From Oligoflexales bacterium (lineage in GTDB: Bacteria > Bdellovibrionota_B > Oligoflexia > Oligoflexales > Bog-1112), in NCBI GenBank assembly GCA_045105515.1, contig JBGCDR010000177.1:32001-96000 (forward strand): DNA of 64,000 nt, written 5' to 3'. A model generated the notes under the pieces. It did not search any database. It was not told the DNA's origin and saw nothing but the letters and a program-made list of their open reading frames with translations. The stretch's first letter is position 1; every line of letters begins with the position of its first letter. The translations under genes were made by a program, and so were the position numbers. Below are positions 27,972-38,600 of this stretch, piece after piece.

Positions 27972-29201
27972 CTAGATTTTTGCAAAAACAATACTGCCGT
28001 TTGTACCGCCAAAGCCAAATGAATTTGAAATACCTACGTCTATCTTTAAATCTCGAGCTGATCCGGGAATGTAGTCCAATGGACATTCGGGATCAACTTC
28101 CTGGAGGTTTGCTGTCGGAGGGGCCTTTTGTTCATGGATCGATTTTGCTAGAAATACGGCTTCGATGCCACCTGCTGCTCCAAGGCAGTGACCGGTGACC
28201 CCTTTCGTTGAAGAGACAGCTAGGTTTTTTGTGTGCTCCGAAAAAACGCGACTAATAGCTTGGGACTCATAAATATCATTGAAGTAAGTAGATGTACCAT
28301 GGGCGTTTATATAGTCTACCCTTTCTGGCAGTGTCTTCGCAGTTTTTAAAGCTGCTCTTAGGCATCTTTGAGCCCCTTCACCTTCGGGTGCTGGAGCAGT
28401 AATATGGTGAGCATCTCCAGACATTCCATACCCACTCATTTCACAGTATATCTTAGCATTACGAGCACGGGCATGCTCGTAGTCCTCCAGAATTAAAATT
28501 CCAGCACCTTCCCCCATAACAAAACCATCTCGGTTTACATCGAAGGGACGTGAAGCCTGTTGAGGGCTTTCATTACGCCTGCTTAAGGCTTTCATATTTT
28601 GGAATCCAGCAATGGCAAGCTCACAAAGAGACGCCTCTGCACCTCCGCATATCATTACATCTGCCATACCCGCTTTTATATGAAGCCATGCTTCACCTAT
28701 TCCGTGGGTACCACTGGTACAGGCTGTAGTGGTACATAAATTAGGGCCCTTCAGTTTGAAGGTATTGGCAACAATACCAGCTGCCATATTAGTGATGACA
28801 TAAGGTATAAAAAAAGGGCTGACTCTTTTGGGACCCTTCTCTTTGCAGGTGAGAGCCGTTGCATCTATATTCTGGATTGCCCCTATGCCGACCCCTATTG
28901 AGCACCCAAACGAAGTGGTATCACCTTCTAAGTTTAAACCAGCATGGTTGATGGCTTCTTTAGCTGCAGTAACAGCAAATTGTACAAAACGAGTAGATTT
29001 TTTAGCCTCTTTTGCCTCCATACTAAGGCTAGGGTCGAAGCCTTTAACCTCAGCAGCAATCTGCACACTTAAGCGTGAAGCATCGAAGGATTTGATAAGA
29101 TCAACCCCAGAATGCCCAGCAAGTGCGTTGTGCCAGGACTCCTCAAGAGTAAGGCCAATCGGAGAGACCATACCTAAACCAGTAACAACTACCCGCCTCA
29201 T
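27972..29201 (-). CDS. fabF: 3-oxoacyl-ACP synthase II
   Basis: RRVVVTGLG, TACTSG, NAHGTST, KGVTGHCLGAAG, SNSFGFGGTN. Confidence 0.96.
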   Translation of the reverse strand: MRRVVVTGLGMVSPIGLTLEESWHNALAGHSGVDLIKSFDASRLSVQIAAEVKGFDPSLSMEAKEAKKSTRFVQFAVTAAKEAINHAGLNLEGDTTSFGCSIGVGIGAIQNIDATALTCKEKGPKRVSPFFIPYVITNMAAGIVANTFKLKGPNLCTTTACTSGTHGIGEAWLHIKAGMADVMICGGAEASLCELAIAGFQNMKALSRRNESPQQASRPFDVNRDGFVMGEGAGILILEDYEHARARNAKIYCEMSGYGMSGDAHHITAPAPEGEGAQRCLRAALKTAKTLPERVDYINAHGTSTYFNDIYESQAISRVFSEHTKNLAVSSTKGVTGHCLGAAGGIEAVFLAKSIHEQKAPPTANLQEVDPECPLDYIPGSARDLKIDVGISNSFGFGGTNGSIVFAKI

Positions 29202-29344
29202 TTACTACCTCAATTATCAAAAGTGAAGCTCTATCATTGAATTAAGAGCAAAGAAACCCATGGGGTATAGATTTTTCATGGGCTATTTCTAGTGTCTTTT
29301 TACCCAAAGCTAAAGGAATGGAGAAGTTAAAAGCAAATATTTTT

Positions 29345-30544
29345 TCATTTATCTGTTTTTTTTGTGAAATTTAGCGAAATTCGGGGAAAGTTTTTTAGGC
29401 CCAGAATGGGCTCTGAAGGGGGAAGGCGGCTTTTTTGGTAAATACAAAATCCCCCGAAGAATAATATTAGTAGTTGGGGCAGCCAGCTAGCTATCAGTGG
29501 GGCAATGAAGGCATTCTCTGCCATCCACCTAGAAGCAACCATGATGACGAAACAGGCGATAATAACAAAAATAGAGCCTAAGTATCCTCGATTTTTTCCA
29601 TGTCGTTGCTCTTGAATCCCCATAATAATACCAAAAAAAGTGAATGCAAAAACGATGAAGGGGTTTGCAAACCTGGAGTAATATAGGTAGCTAGCTCTGA
29701 GAAAATCGGGGTGTTCATCTGGGCTATTTTCCATCTTCTTTACATATGTGCGCAATTCGGAGGCTCTGTAGCTTCGATAGTCGTCGCGGGCAGTATCTTC
29801 ACCGATGATCTTTTCCTGGAATACCCGCAAAAGGTCTATTTCAGCTCTTTTGAATGTTAGGCTTGAGGTGTGATCTGAACGAGTTTCAAGAGAATAAGAA
29901 ACTCCGTCAAACAAAACCATACGTAAATTTCCTTCAGCAACCGATCCGGTGATTTGGGCATTCGGAGAGAGAATCATAAAGTTGTCTTTACTTTTATTTC
30001 TTGGAGCAAGAAGGACATTTTTGTAGTGAGTTCTGTTTTCTGAAATTTCTTCGGTATAGAAAACATAATCCAAGAAGTCGTTTAAGAATACTCCCGCCTG
30101 AATCTTGAATCGGACCATATTGTCAATTTCGGTTTGAGTTTTTCGGTATATAAACTGGACGAATTCCCGCCTTCCCCAAGCCTCCAAGTGAATCGCACAC
30201 AAGGCTCCTGTAAGATAGAGTGCGAATGAAATTGCAAGCGCTGGGAGCATTGCCCGTTTGATGCTGTAACCTGCAGCTAATAATGCTGTTATTTCTCCAT
30301 CAGAACTTAAACGAGAAAATGAGATCATGATTCCAAATAGGTAGGAGATAGATATAATAATAGGTAAAAAAGGAACAATAATATAAAGAAATGGCAGCAA
30401 AATGTTTTCAGCAGTTAAGCCGAAGGTTACTAATACATTAGAAAGCCGCACTAGCTGTGAAACTACGATGACTGCACAGAATACGATCAGCGTCGAAACA
30501 AATTGTGGGAAGATTTCTTTGAGGATATAGCGAGTGACAATAAT
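29345..30544 (-). CDS. lptF: LptF/LptG-family LPS export permease, probable ATT start
   Basis: RLSSDGEITALLAAGYS motif. The frame stays open upstream of the track's GTG (30451), encoding I-IVTRYILKEIFPQF, with SD GGAGG 9 nt before ATT 30544. Confidence 0.8.
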   Translation of the reverse strand: MIVTRYILKEIFPQFVSTLIVFCAVIVVSQLVRLSNVLVTFGLTAENILLPFLYIIVPFLPIIISISYLFGIMISFSRLSSDGEITALLAAGYSIKRAMLPALAISFALYLTGALCAIHLEAWGRREFVQFIYRKTQTEIDNMVRFKIQAGVFLNDFLDYVFYTEEISENRTHYKNVLLAPRNKSKDNFMILSPNAQITGSVAEGNLRMVLFDGVSYSLETRSDHTSSLTFKRAEIDLLRVFQEKIIGEDTARDDYRSYRASELRTYVKKMENSPDEHPDFLRASYLYYSRFANPFIVFAFTFFGIIMGIQEQRHGKNRGYLGSIFVIIACFVIMVASRWMAENAFIAPLIASWLPQLLILFFGGFCIYQKSRLPPSEPILGLKNFPRISLNFTKKTDK

Positions 30545-30700
30545 TGTTTTGTTCCTCCGTGAAAATGTCCTATACCATCCTGATAATCTTAGCTGAATTA
30601 CCAGATTTTAGGTATTCCTGAAAAACAATAGATTTTTTAGTGAGTTAAAATAGTTGTGAGTCCAGTCTTTAAATTCCCCATTGCCAGTTTTAGGAGCTGT

Positions 30701-31933
30701 ATGTTCACTATAAAAGGAATCTTACTTTCCTTCGTCTTTATTTTTTGGATTGTATCACCTTTTTCTAATTCACATGCAATTACAACGACATCTCAAGGAA
30801 AGCCAGCGCTGCCTCTATCTGTTCCCAAAGCTGATCCACTTGGAGTCATCAGTCTGGAGGTCGGTGAAAAGAAAAGGCCAACCACTATTGTTCCATCCAT
30901 CCAATTATCTCTGAAAACCTATATTAGAAGGCATGGAAACCCTATTGCAGCAATTGTTATGGTCGATGTTGCTACAGGCCATATTATCGCAATGGCACAG
31001 GGCCGTGCTCCTGAAAAATGGGGTGGACAATCCCACACTGCACTTTACGAGGGTTTCCCTGCGGCATCACTTTTTAAGGTGGTTCCGACTATAGCAGCAA
31101 TGGACGTTGCACAGCTTGAGCCCAGTACCGTTCTTGGGCTGACAGGAGGTTGTGCGAAGGTACATGCAAGGGGTTGGTGGTTACGTGATGTAAAACCTAC
31201 TCGCTATCACAAAATGAGTTTAAGTAGGGCTTTTGCAAATTCGTGTAATAGTTTTTTTGCCAAATTAACTCTTCAGTACCTTGGAGTGGGAGTTTTGAAT
31301 AGTTATGCTAAGAAGCTAGGTTGGAACGAAGGAGGCATTGGTGCTGACTTTCATTTGAACACTAGCCCGATGAATCCTCCAAAGCCAGCTAGATCTGCCA
31401 TTCATACGGTTGGAAGGTTTGCTGCAGGGTTTGGCATGGTTGGTCTCAGTCCTATTCATGCAGCTTGGATTAATTTGGTGATTGCCCGTGATGGAGTTCC
31501 CATGGCACTTAGGATATTTGCAGATGATAGCAGCAATGAATCTGTGATCTCAAAACAAAGAATCAAGCCGGTTTTTCATCAGGAGAATGCTATAAACCTC
31601 AGACGCATGATGCAAAAAACTGTGCGTTCAGGCACAGCTTCATCGGCCTTTCGTTCTTGGAAATACCGCAAAATTAAAAGGTCTGCTGGAGGCAAGACTG
31701 GGACCCTAAACAGCCAGGCTCCAAAGGGTCTGGCAACTTGGTTTGCGGGCTTAATGCCAGTTGAAAACCCTAAAGTTGTTGTGAGCGCGGTGGTCGTTAA
31801 TGGTGGTCGCTGGATTATAAAGGGGTCTCATTTAGCAGCAGAAGGACTGCGTTTATGGGAAGAGTTTCAGAGAAAAAATCGTGATATTATGGTCCTAGGA
31901 CATTCCACTAATGGTACTCCTTCCAAAGGTTGA
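30701..31933 (+). CDS. Penicillin-binding protein, transpeptidase domain only
   Basis: SxxK (ASLFK), SxN (SCN) and KTG (GKTGT); N-terminal signal/TM. ATG 30701 has SD AGGAG. Confidence 0.85.
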   Translation: MFTIKGILLSFVFIFWIVSPFSNSHAITTTSQGKPALPLSVPKADPLGVISLEVGEKKRPTTIVPSIQLSLKTYIRRHGNPIAAIVMVDVATGHIIAMAQGRAPEKWGGQSHTALYEGFPAASLFKVVPTIAAMDVAQLEPSTVLGLTGGCAKVHARGWWLRDVKPTRYHKMSLSRAFANSCNSFFAKLTLQYLGVGVLNSYAKKLGWNEGGIGADFHLNTSPMNPPKPARSAIHTVGRFAAGFGMVGLSPIHAAWINLVIARDGVPMALRIFADDSSNESVISKQRIKPVFHQENAINLRRMMQKTVRSGTASSAFRSWKYRKIKRSAGGKTGTLNSQAPKGLATWFAGLMPVENPKVVVSAVVVNGGRWIIKGSHLAAEGLRLWEEFQRKNRDIMVLGHSTNGTPSKG

Positions 31934-32074
31934 AAACATTCCTGTTCATGAAACCCCCTTGCTATATTTATTCGCCCATTGATATGTTTAAAAAGTTTAG
32001 TTCGCAATAAGATTCATTAAGGCTTGCTGGCTCTACATGTCTTCTTGCAAACATTATTGCTAGAAAGGAAATTG

Positions 32075-33949
32075 ATGGTTCAAGAGAATAATTTTAGAAG
32101 TGTGATCGATCAAGGTCAACCACTAGTCATGGATGGAGCTTTAGGAACTGAGCTTTATAATCGGGGCGTTTTTATAAATCGTTGTTTTGAAGACGCTAAT
32201 TTGACTACCCCTGAGCTGGTCAAAAAACTTCACGAAGACTACCTTGCGGCTGGAGCCGGAGTGATTACAACCAATAGCTGGGGAGCCAATTCTGTCAAGC
32301 TCAGCAAACATAACCTTCATGACAAAGTGCAAGCTATAAATTTAAAGGCTGTTGAACTGGCGAAGTCTGCAGCTAATGGGGAAGCCTGGATCTTTGGAAG
32401 TATGGGGCCTTTGGGGGTTAGGATTGAGCCATTTGGTCCAACATCATTTAACGAAGCAAAGTCTTTTTTCCGCGAACAAGCGAAGGCTTTACTTACTGGG
32501 GGAGTGGATGCCATTTGTTTGGAATCCTTTTCTGATTTGTCCGAGATGCAGCAAGCAATTTCTGCAGTTAGAGATTTAAGTTCGGAAATTCCCATCATTG
32601 GCCATACTGTGATTACAGAAGATGCCCAGTCTCCCTATGGAAGCACAGTTGAGTGGATTATCAAAAAGCTTGATGAATGGCCTCTCGATGTAATTGGCTT
32701 AAATTGTTCGGTAGGTCCACAGCCGATGATGAGCTGCATCCCTACGATTAAAAAGCTAACTAATAAACCCTTGAGTATGAGGCCTAATGCTGGGCTACCG
32801 AAACATGTAGAGGGTCGTTACATCTATATGAGCACACCCGAATATATGGCCCATTTTGCTCAAGAATTCTTTAGTGCAGGTGTCCAGTTTGTCGGTGGCT
32901 GTTGTGGAACTTCGCCCGAACATATCAAAGCAATGGCAAACACCTTAAGCTATGCTAAGGCAACAAAGCATGCAGATGTTCAGATTTCTAATATGAATGC
33001 CGAGGCAAAGAACACAAATAGCGAACATGAGGTAAAGGAGAAAGAGCGCGTTCCTTTAGCTAACAAGTCAGCCTGGTCTAAGGCAATTGCCCAAGGGGAA
33101 CCAGTCTTTTCAATAGAACTACTTCCCCCAGCAGGAGTGGATCCCTCTAAGATTATCAGTCGGTCAAAGCAAGTTAAGGAAGCTGGGGTTCATGCAATAA
33201 ACATCCCAGATGGACCAAGAGCAAGTTCACGCATGAGTGCAATGCTAACTGCAGTGATGATTGAGCAGCATGCTGGTATTGAAACAGTCTTGCATTATAC
33301 CTGCCGTGATCGAAACCTTCTAGGCATGCAATCTGATATGCTGGGAGCTCACGCGATCGGCTTGCGCAATATGTTGCTGGTAACTGGAGATCCCCCAAAA
33401 TTAGGAAACTATCCTGACGCAACAGGTGTTTTCGATGTGGATGCCATTGGCCTGACTAATATGGTGCACCGTTTGAATGGAGGCTTAGATTTAGGAGCAC
33501 GATCAATTGGCGAGCCAGCAGCTCTGAGTATTGGTGTTGGCGTTAATCCGGTTCATCGCGACTTCAACTACGAGATGAAGCGATTTTCTTGGAAGGTTGA
33601 TGCAGGGGCGGAATGGGCAATCACTCAACCTGTTTTTGATGTCAATGCGCTATTTGAGTTTCTGGAATATATTGATAAGCACAAGCTAAAAATTCCAATT
33701 ATTGCTGGAGTTTGGCCTCTAATAAGCTATCGCAATGCCATCTTTATGAATAATGAAGTTCCAGGAGTAGTCATTCCTGATGATATTATCAAGCGAATGG
33801 AAAAACCTAGTGATCCTGAAGATGCTAAGAAGCTTGGGGTTGAAATTGCCAATGAAATGGTGCAGAAATTGGGTAAGCATGTGCAAGGTATCCAAGTCTC
33901 AGCTCCCTTTGGGCGTATTGATCTAGCTTTAAGCGTTATTGATAGATAA
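32075..33949 (+). CDS. yitJ: Bifunctional homocysteine S-methyltransferase / methylenetetrahydrofolate reductase
   Basis: DGALGT, GLNCSVGP, PNAG, GGCCGT, then MTHFR part HYTCRDRN, VTGDPP, ITQPVFD. Confidence 0.92.
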   Translation: MVQENNFRSVIDQGQPLVMDGALGTELYNRGVFINRCFEDANLTTPELVKKLHEDYLAAGAGVITTNSWGANSVKLSKHNLHDKVQAINLKAVELAKSAANGEAWIFGSMGPLGVRIEPFGPTSFNEAKSFFREQAKALLTGGVDAICLESFSDLSEMQQAISAVRDLSSEIPIIGHTVITEDAQSPYGSTVEWIIKKLDEWPLDVIGLNCSVGPQPMMSCIPTIKKLTNKPLSMRPNAGLPKHVEGRYIYMSTPEYMAHFAQEFFSAGVQFVGGCCGTSPEHIKAMANTLSYAKATKHADVQISNMNAEAKNTNSEHEVKEKERVPLANKSAWSKAIAQGEPVFSIELLPPAGVDPSKIISRSKQVKEAGVHAINIPDGPRASSRMSAMLTAVMIEQHAGIETVLHYTCRDRNLLGMQSDMLGAHAIGLRNMLLVTGDPPKLGNYPDATGVFDVDAIGLTNMVHRLNGGLDLGARSIGEPAALSIGVGVNPVHRDFNYEMKRFSWKVDAGAEWAITQPVFDVNALFEFLEYIDKHKLKIPIIAGVWPLISYRNAIFMNNEVPGVVIPDDIIKRMEKPSDPEDAKKLGVEIANEMVQKLGKHVQGIQVSAPFGRIDLALSVIDR

Positions 33950-34127
33950 ATATTGGAACAGATCTATCTCTTCTTTACCGTCTATTCGATCAATATTCTA
34001 ATCCTTGCTCTAATATATTTGGGTGTAGCTAGTATCCTTGGAGCTATTCTATGGGGACGCTGTACCTGCCATTCTGAGTAGCCAGTCTGCGCTCTTAAAC
34101 CAAACCAGCATAAATTAAAGGCTTGAC

Positions 34128-35504
34128 ATGACTTCCCAAGAGCAATCTTATAATAAATATATACATCAATATAGTGAGCCAGAAACAATACTTGGTAAAT
34201 GGATTGTTGATCTTACCCATGAAGAAGGGGCTTTTGATCGGCTCTTAGTAGTTCCATTGTGTTCAGAACGAGAAGCTTTCCCATTCATGATGCAATCAGT
34301 CGTTGAAGCAGTGTCAAAACATTCATTGAATATTTTGCTTATCTTAGTAGTTAACCACAGAAAAGATTCACCAGACTGGATGCAGGAAAATAATAGAGTC
34401 TTTTTAGAGGAGTGGGGACGGAAGCTAGAAGAAAAAAAATTTCATCCTAGTACTGGAGCTTTTTTTGGAAAGTATAAATCTTTGCAAATATTGTTTGTAG
34501 ATAGAGCAACTATTGGGCGGGAGTTTCCAGAAAAGCAAGGTGTAGGCCTAGCAAGGAAGATTGGTTGCGATATTGCCTTCTTCTTGTGGTTTGCCAATAA
34601 ATCAATAGCCCCTTTTGCATTTACAAGTGATGGTGATGCCGTTTTACCACAAGATTATTTTGTAGGATTTGATTGGAAAGTTCTTGTGGATGAGCATGTT
34701 AGTGCGGTCACTTTTCCTTTTGAGCATTTTGAGCTTGCTTCCATGAATAAAAACGAAATTAGAGCAATGCATGCTTATGATTTTTATCTACGTTATTATC
34801 AGCAAGGATTGGAAAACTCAGGGTCCCCATATGCCTACCAAAATATCGGATCAACTATCTGCTTTTCGTTATCCTTTTATGGGAAAGTAAGAGGTTTTCC
34901 AAAAAAACAAGCAGGTGAAGATTTCTATTTCTTGAACAAATTAAGAAAAATGGGACCTATAAGAGAAAAAAAAGGAAATACTATTCAACTCCAAGGAAGA
35001 CCTTCGATTCGTGTTCCTTTTGGAACTGGAAAATCAATAATAAATATTGCAGGGACTCTAGCCAAGGGAGAAGAGTATTTAATTTACCATCCACATGTAT
35101 TTAAAATACTAAAAATACTTCTTGAAGAGGTAGATCACTTCTGTGAATTTAAAAATTATCACAGATTCTTAGTTGCTTGTGAAAAAAGATTCTTGCTTAA
35201 TAAATTATATTATTGCGAAAAAAATTTTTTTAATATCAATGACCTCAATGAAATAATGGTAAATTTAGGTTTAAAAGACTTTTTACAAAATAAAATTAAT
35301 CAGGTCATGAGCCAAAATGTTTACCAATTCATGGTATGGTTTGATTCATTTAAAACTCTGAAATTTGTGCATGAGTTACGCGATAAATTTTTCCCATCTA
35401 TCGCTATTCTTTCAGCTCATTTGAGTACTAGTGATTGGAAAGTTATACACGCAAAAAAAGGTATATCTATCAATGGAAACAGAATCAACTCTTTACACCA
35501 TTGA
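34128..35504 (+). CDS. GT-A fold (family 2-like) glycosyltransferase
   Basis: LVVPLCSE, GVGLARKIGCD, DGD (DxD), GFPKKQAGEDFYFLNKL, RVPFGTG. Confidence 0.75.
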   Translation: MTSQEQSYNKYIHQYSEPETILGKWIVDLTHEEGAFDRLLVVPLCSEREAFPFMMQSVVEAVSKHSLNILLILVVNHRKDSPDWMQENNRVFLEEWGRKLEEKKFHPSTGAFFGKYKSLQILFVDRATIGREFPEKQGVGLARKIGCDIAFFLWFANKSIAPFAFTSDGDAVLPQDYFVGFDWKVLVDEHVSAVTFPFEHFELASMNKNEIRAMHAYDFYLRYYQQGLENSGSPYAYQNIGSTICFSLSFYGKVRGFPKKQAGEDFYFLNKLRKMGPIREKKGNTIQLQGRPSIRVPFGTGKSIINIAGTLAKGEEYLIYHPHVFKILKILLEEVDHFCEFKNYHRFLVACEKRFLLNKLYYCEKNFFNINDLNEIMVNLGLKDFLQNKINQVMSQNVYQFMVWFDSFKTLKFVHELRDKFFPSIAILSAHLSTSDWKVIHAKKGISINGNRINSLHH

Positions 35505-35632
35505 ATCTGATTTATTTAATCGCATTTATTTACCCCATTAATTTAAAATAAAGTATAAATCATTGCTCTTTAATGCGTAGCTGGTTTATAAAGACAAGTA
35601 ATATAACCATTTTTAAAAATCGTGGTGATATA

Positions 35633-38600
35633 ATGTCTTGTAAACTATCGCTTTTAAGTGTACTTAATATGTTAGTATTATTGGGTTTTTATGTTCCGAA
35701 ATCAAAAGCGGAAAAAATTTTTGTTACTGGAAAAGATCATGGAGAATTAAGTCCTGGTCATGTACAGGCTGCAGAGGACTTTTTTTCCTCTAAGCTAAAA
35801 CAAAACGGAAATTTTGATGCTGAAAAGATAATGGAATTTCTTCAGTATCTCAAGCATGAAAAAAAGGTTGTTGTTAAAGAAGTTTATGAAACTATCCTTT
35901 TTGAAAAACTAGCAATAGATATAAAAAAATACAAGAAATCCAAGAAAAAAGCAGAGGAGAAAAGTGGATCCGAGGGGTCTATTATCAGGGGCTATAATGA
36001 GTATTTAATCCCTAAAATAGAACATTTGTATAAGTTAGTTAGTTCTAATATAGACCAGGATCTGTGGCAAGGAATTGTTGATGATTTTGCTCGGGTTTAT
36101 GTAACCTATTTTATTCCCAATGGGCATCGCAGCCCATGGCCGGAAGATGTGGACATAGTGCATGTTGGAAAAAGGTTATTCAAACCAAATAAATTTCGAA
36201 AGAATGATATCGATGGTATTCAAGCCTTCAATCTGCAAACTGATCGTAAAAACATTGTACCTATTCGTGGTTGCTTGGGAAAACATATAAAATTATATCA
36301 TTATCTGAGTCCGGAAGAACTAAAAAAACTTATAAAATGTGGTTATGATATATCAAAAATAGATCCTGGTGTGAGTATTTTATGGCAAAAGCCCTCCTAT
36401 ACAAATAAAAAAAAAGATCTGGCGGAAGTAGATTACTTTCCTGAAGATGACGATCGAATTGTCTATAAACGAGTCAATTTTAGATCAAGATTATCTGAGA
36501 AAATTAAAACCAAATTTAAGAATAAACGTAATGGTAGAACTTATGATCTAAAGGTTAAAATGGGTCAAGAGGTCCATTCTGAACTCTTAGTAAGTAGGTT
36601 ACTTGCTAAAGCTGGATTAAATCAGGATAGAGTTCAGTACCGGAAAAAGGTTAGGATATATCTCGAAGATGAAAGTCTGGAAGAATTTTTTGCAGCTTTT
36701 GCTAGTAAGTATCGGATTGAATCAATTGCAAGATTTATCAAAGCTCATGGGGTTGAAGAAGAAACTGGAGTGGAGTGGATTGAAATTAAGGACGTTCTTT
36801 TGGAGGGGCGGCCTGATGATGAAGTTCGGGTAGCACCATTTGACATAGGGAGCTGGGACCTTCAAAATCGCAGAGAGTATCGATCGCTGATCTTACTTCT
36901 TGGATGGATGGGAATTCATGATCTACATCCTGGCAATTGCAAATTGGTTTTCAAAGAGAGTGATCAAGGATTAATGCCCATGCATCGACTTCATGATCCT
37001 GCGTCTTCCTTGGGAGGGCCAATGTATCTAAAAAAGCCCAAGCAAATCTTTTCATTGGGATCAATTTATAGAGTTAATGCATTTACTGATAGCTTTGTTA
37101 AATTGGATAAGAAGGAAAAAAATGTCAAGATTTTTTGGAATGACTTCGCAAATCGTCGACGCAATTTTCAAAATACTACTTGGTTTGATCTTAAATGGAT
37201 GGCACGAAACATCGCTTCAATAGACAAGCAGCAAATCTGGGATATTTTAGTTCAGACAGGGATGCCTTTTCCTATTGCAAAAATCTACTATCTTAAGCTT
37301 CTCTTAAGAAGAAACGAAATACTTAAATCCTTTGATTTGGACAGTGAGTTTGAGTTAGATGATGTTCCGGATCTTAAAGACGTTAACCTTCAAGATGAGG
37401 ATGGAGATGTCATTAAAAAAGGTAAGGTTGTTAAGACATACTTTAAAGATAAGAATGACCCTGTTCAAATAGCGAGTAATTGGTGGACTGCCTTACCGTC
37501 ACTGATAACTTTTGATATACCTGTGCAGGAATGGAGAATCGCGCAGAGTAAGGATAATGGGACTAGTGGACTCTCAGGCCTTGAAGGTGTTAAACAAGAT
37601 TTAAATTTAAGTAACTTTAGCCGTACAAGTACGAAATTTCCCATTGGTTTAGGCATTACCGCGATTGCTACCAGAAGAGTTGAGCCAAATTTTCAGTTGA
37701 TGGGAGCGAATGGAAAGATTCATCTCTATAAAATAACTGATTCGATTCAATTACAGGTTGGTGTAGATTCTCCATTATTACGCAAACTAATTAAGAAGGT
37801 GCCAATATTAGAGGCTGACTTTAAGCTAAGTTTGTATGTTAAAGAATTTAGGCATATTCATTATGAAGATGAAGTTGGGAAAGCATATTTCTCAAAGTAT
37901 GATTTGATCAAGATAATTTGTAATATAAATCATTATGCAGCTTTTAAATTGAAACCTCTCGAGGTTATTCACTCATTTGATAAAATAGGTTTTGAAATGG
38001 AAAGTGGAATAGGTGCTTATTCTACTGATCCGATATTCTCTAATGAACTTAGTTTTTTAGGGGGCATCCGTAAGATTACTTCTAATTATATTGTTAGAGA
38101 CCAATATGGAGAGCTTCATTATTACAAGGATAGGGATTTTGGAAATTATGGTGGCTTATCTCTTGATCTTGGGTCTGTCAATTTGTTTGCTTTGAATTTG
38201 CCCCTTTTTAATATGAGACTAGGATCTTCCAGATTCACTTATCATATGAAAGATTATGTGATGAGGTTGCCAGAACAGGATCGTGACAAGGCAGAAGAAC
38301 TGGTGACCGAGAGTCGTAAGCTAAAAGAATATCTAGCATTAAAGGACTTGTCGAAGTCTCAAGTTTCTTCTGATGCTGTTGATCTAAATTATTCGGTGGA
38401 TGCAAAAGGTTCTGCTTCCACGAAAGGCTTAGGTTTACTTTTCTTATTTAATAAGCTGTCTGCAAAGTCAAAGGTAAGCTCTGAAGTTACCCTGAAAAAT
38501 GGTGAACATAAGTATTTTTATAGAATTTCTCGGGTAGATAATAAGCATGTTGGAGTTGAACAGTTAGAATTAGAGATCAGCTCATTTGATTTGCTAGTTA

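Noticed and set aside
31934..32074. Possible SAM/cobalamin riboswitch upstream of yitJ
   Set aside because: No S-box or cobalamin core motifs visible in the short leader.
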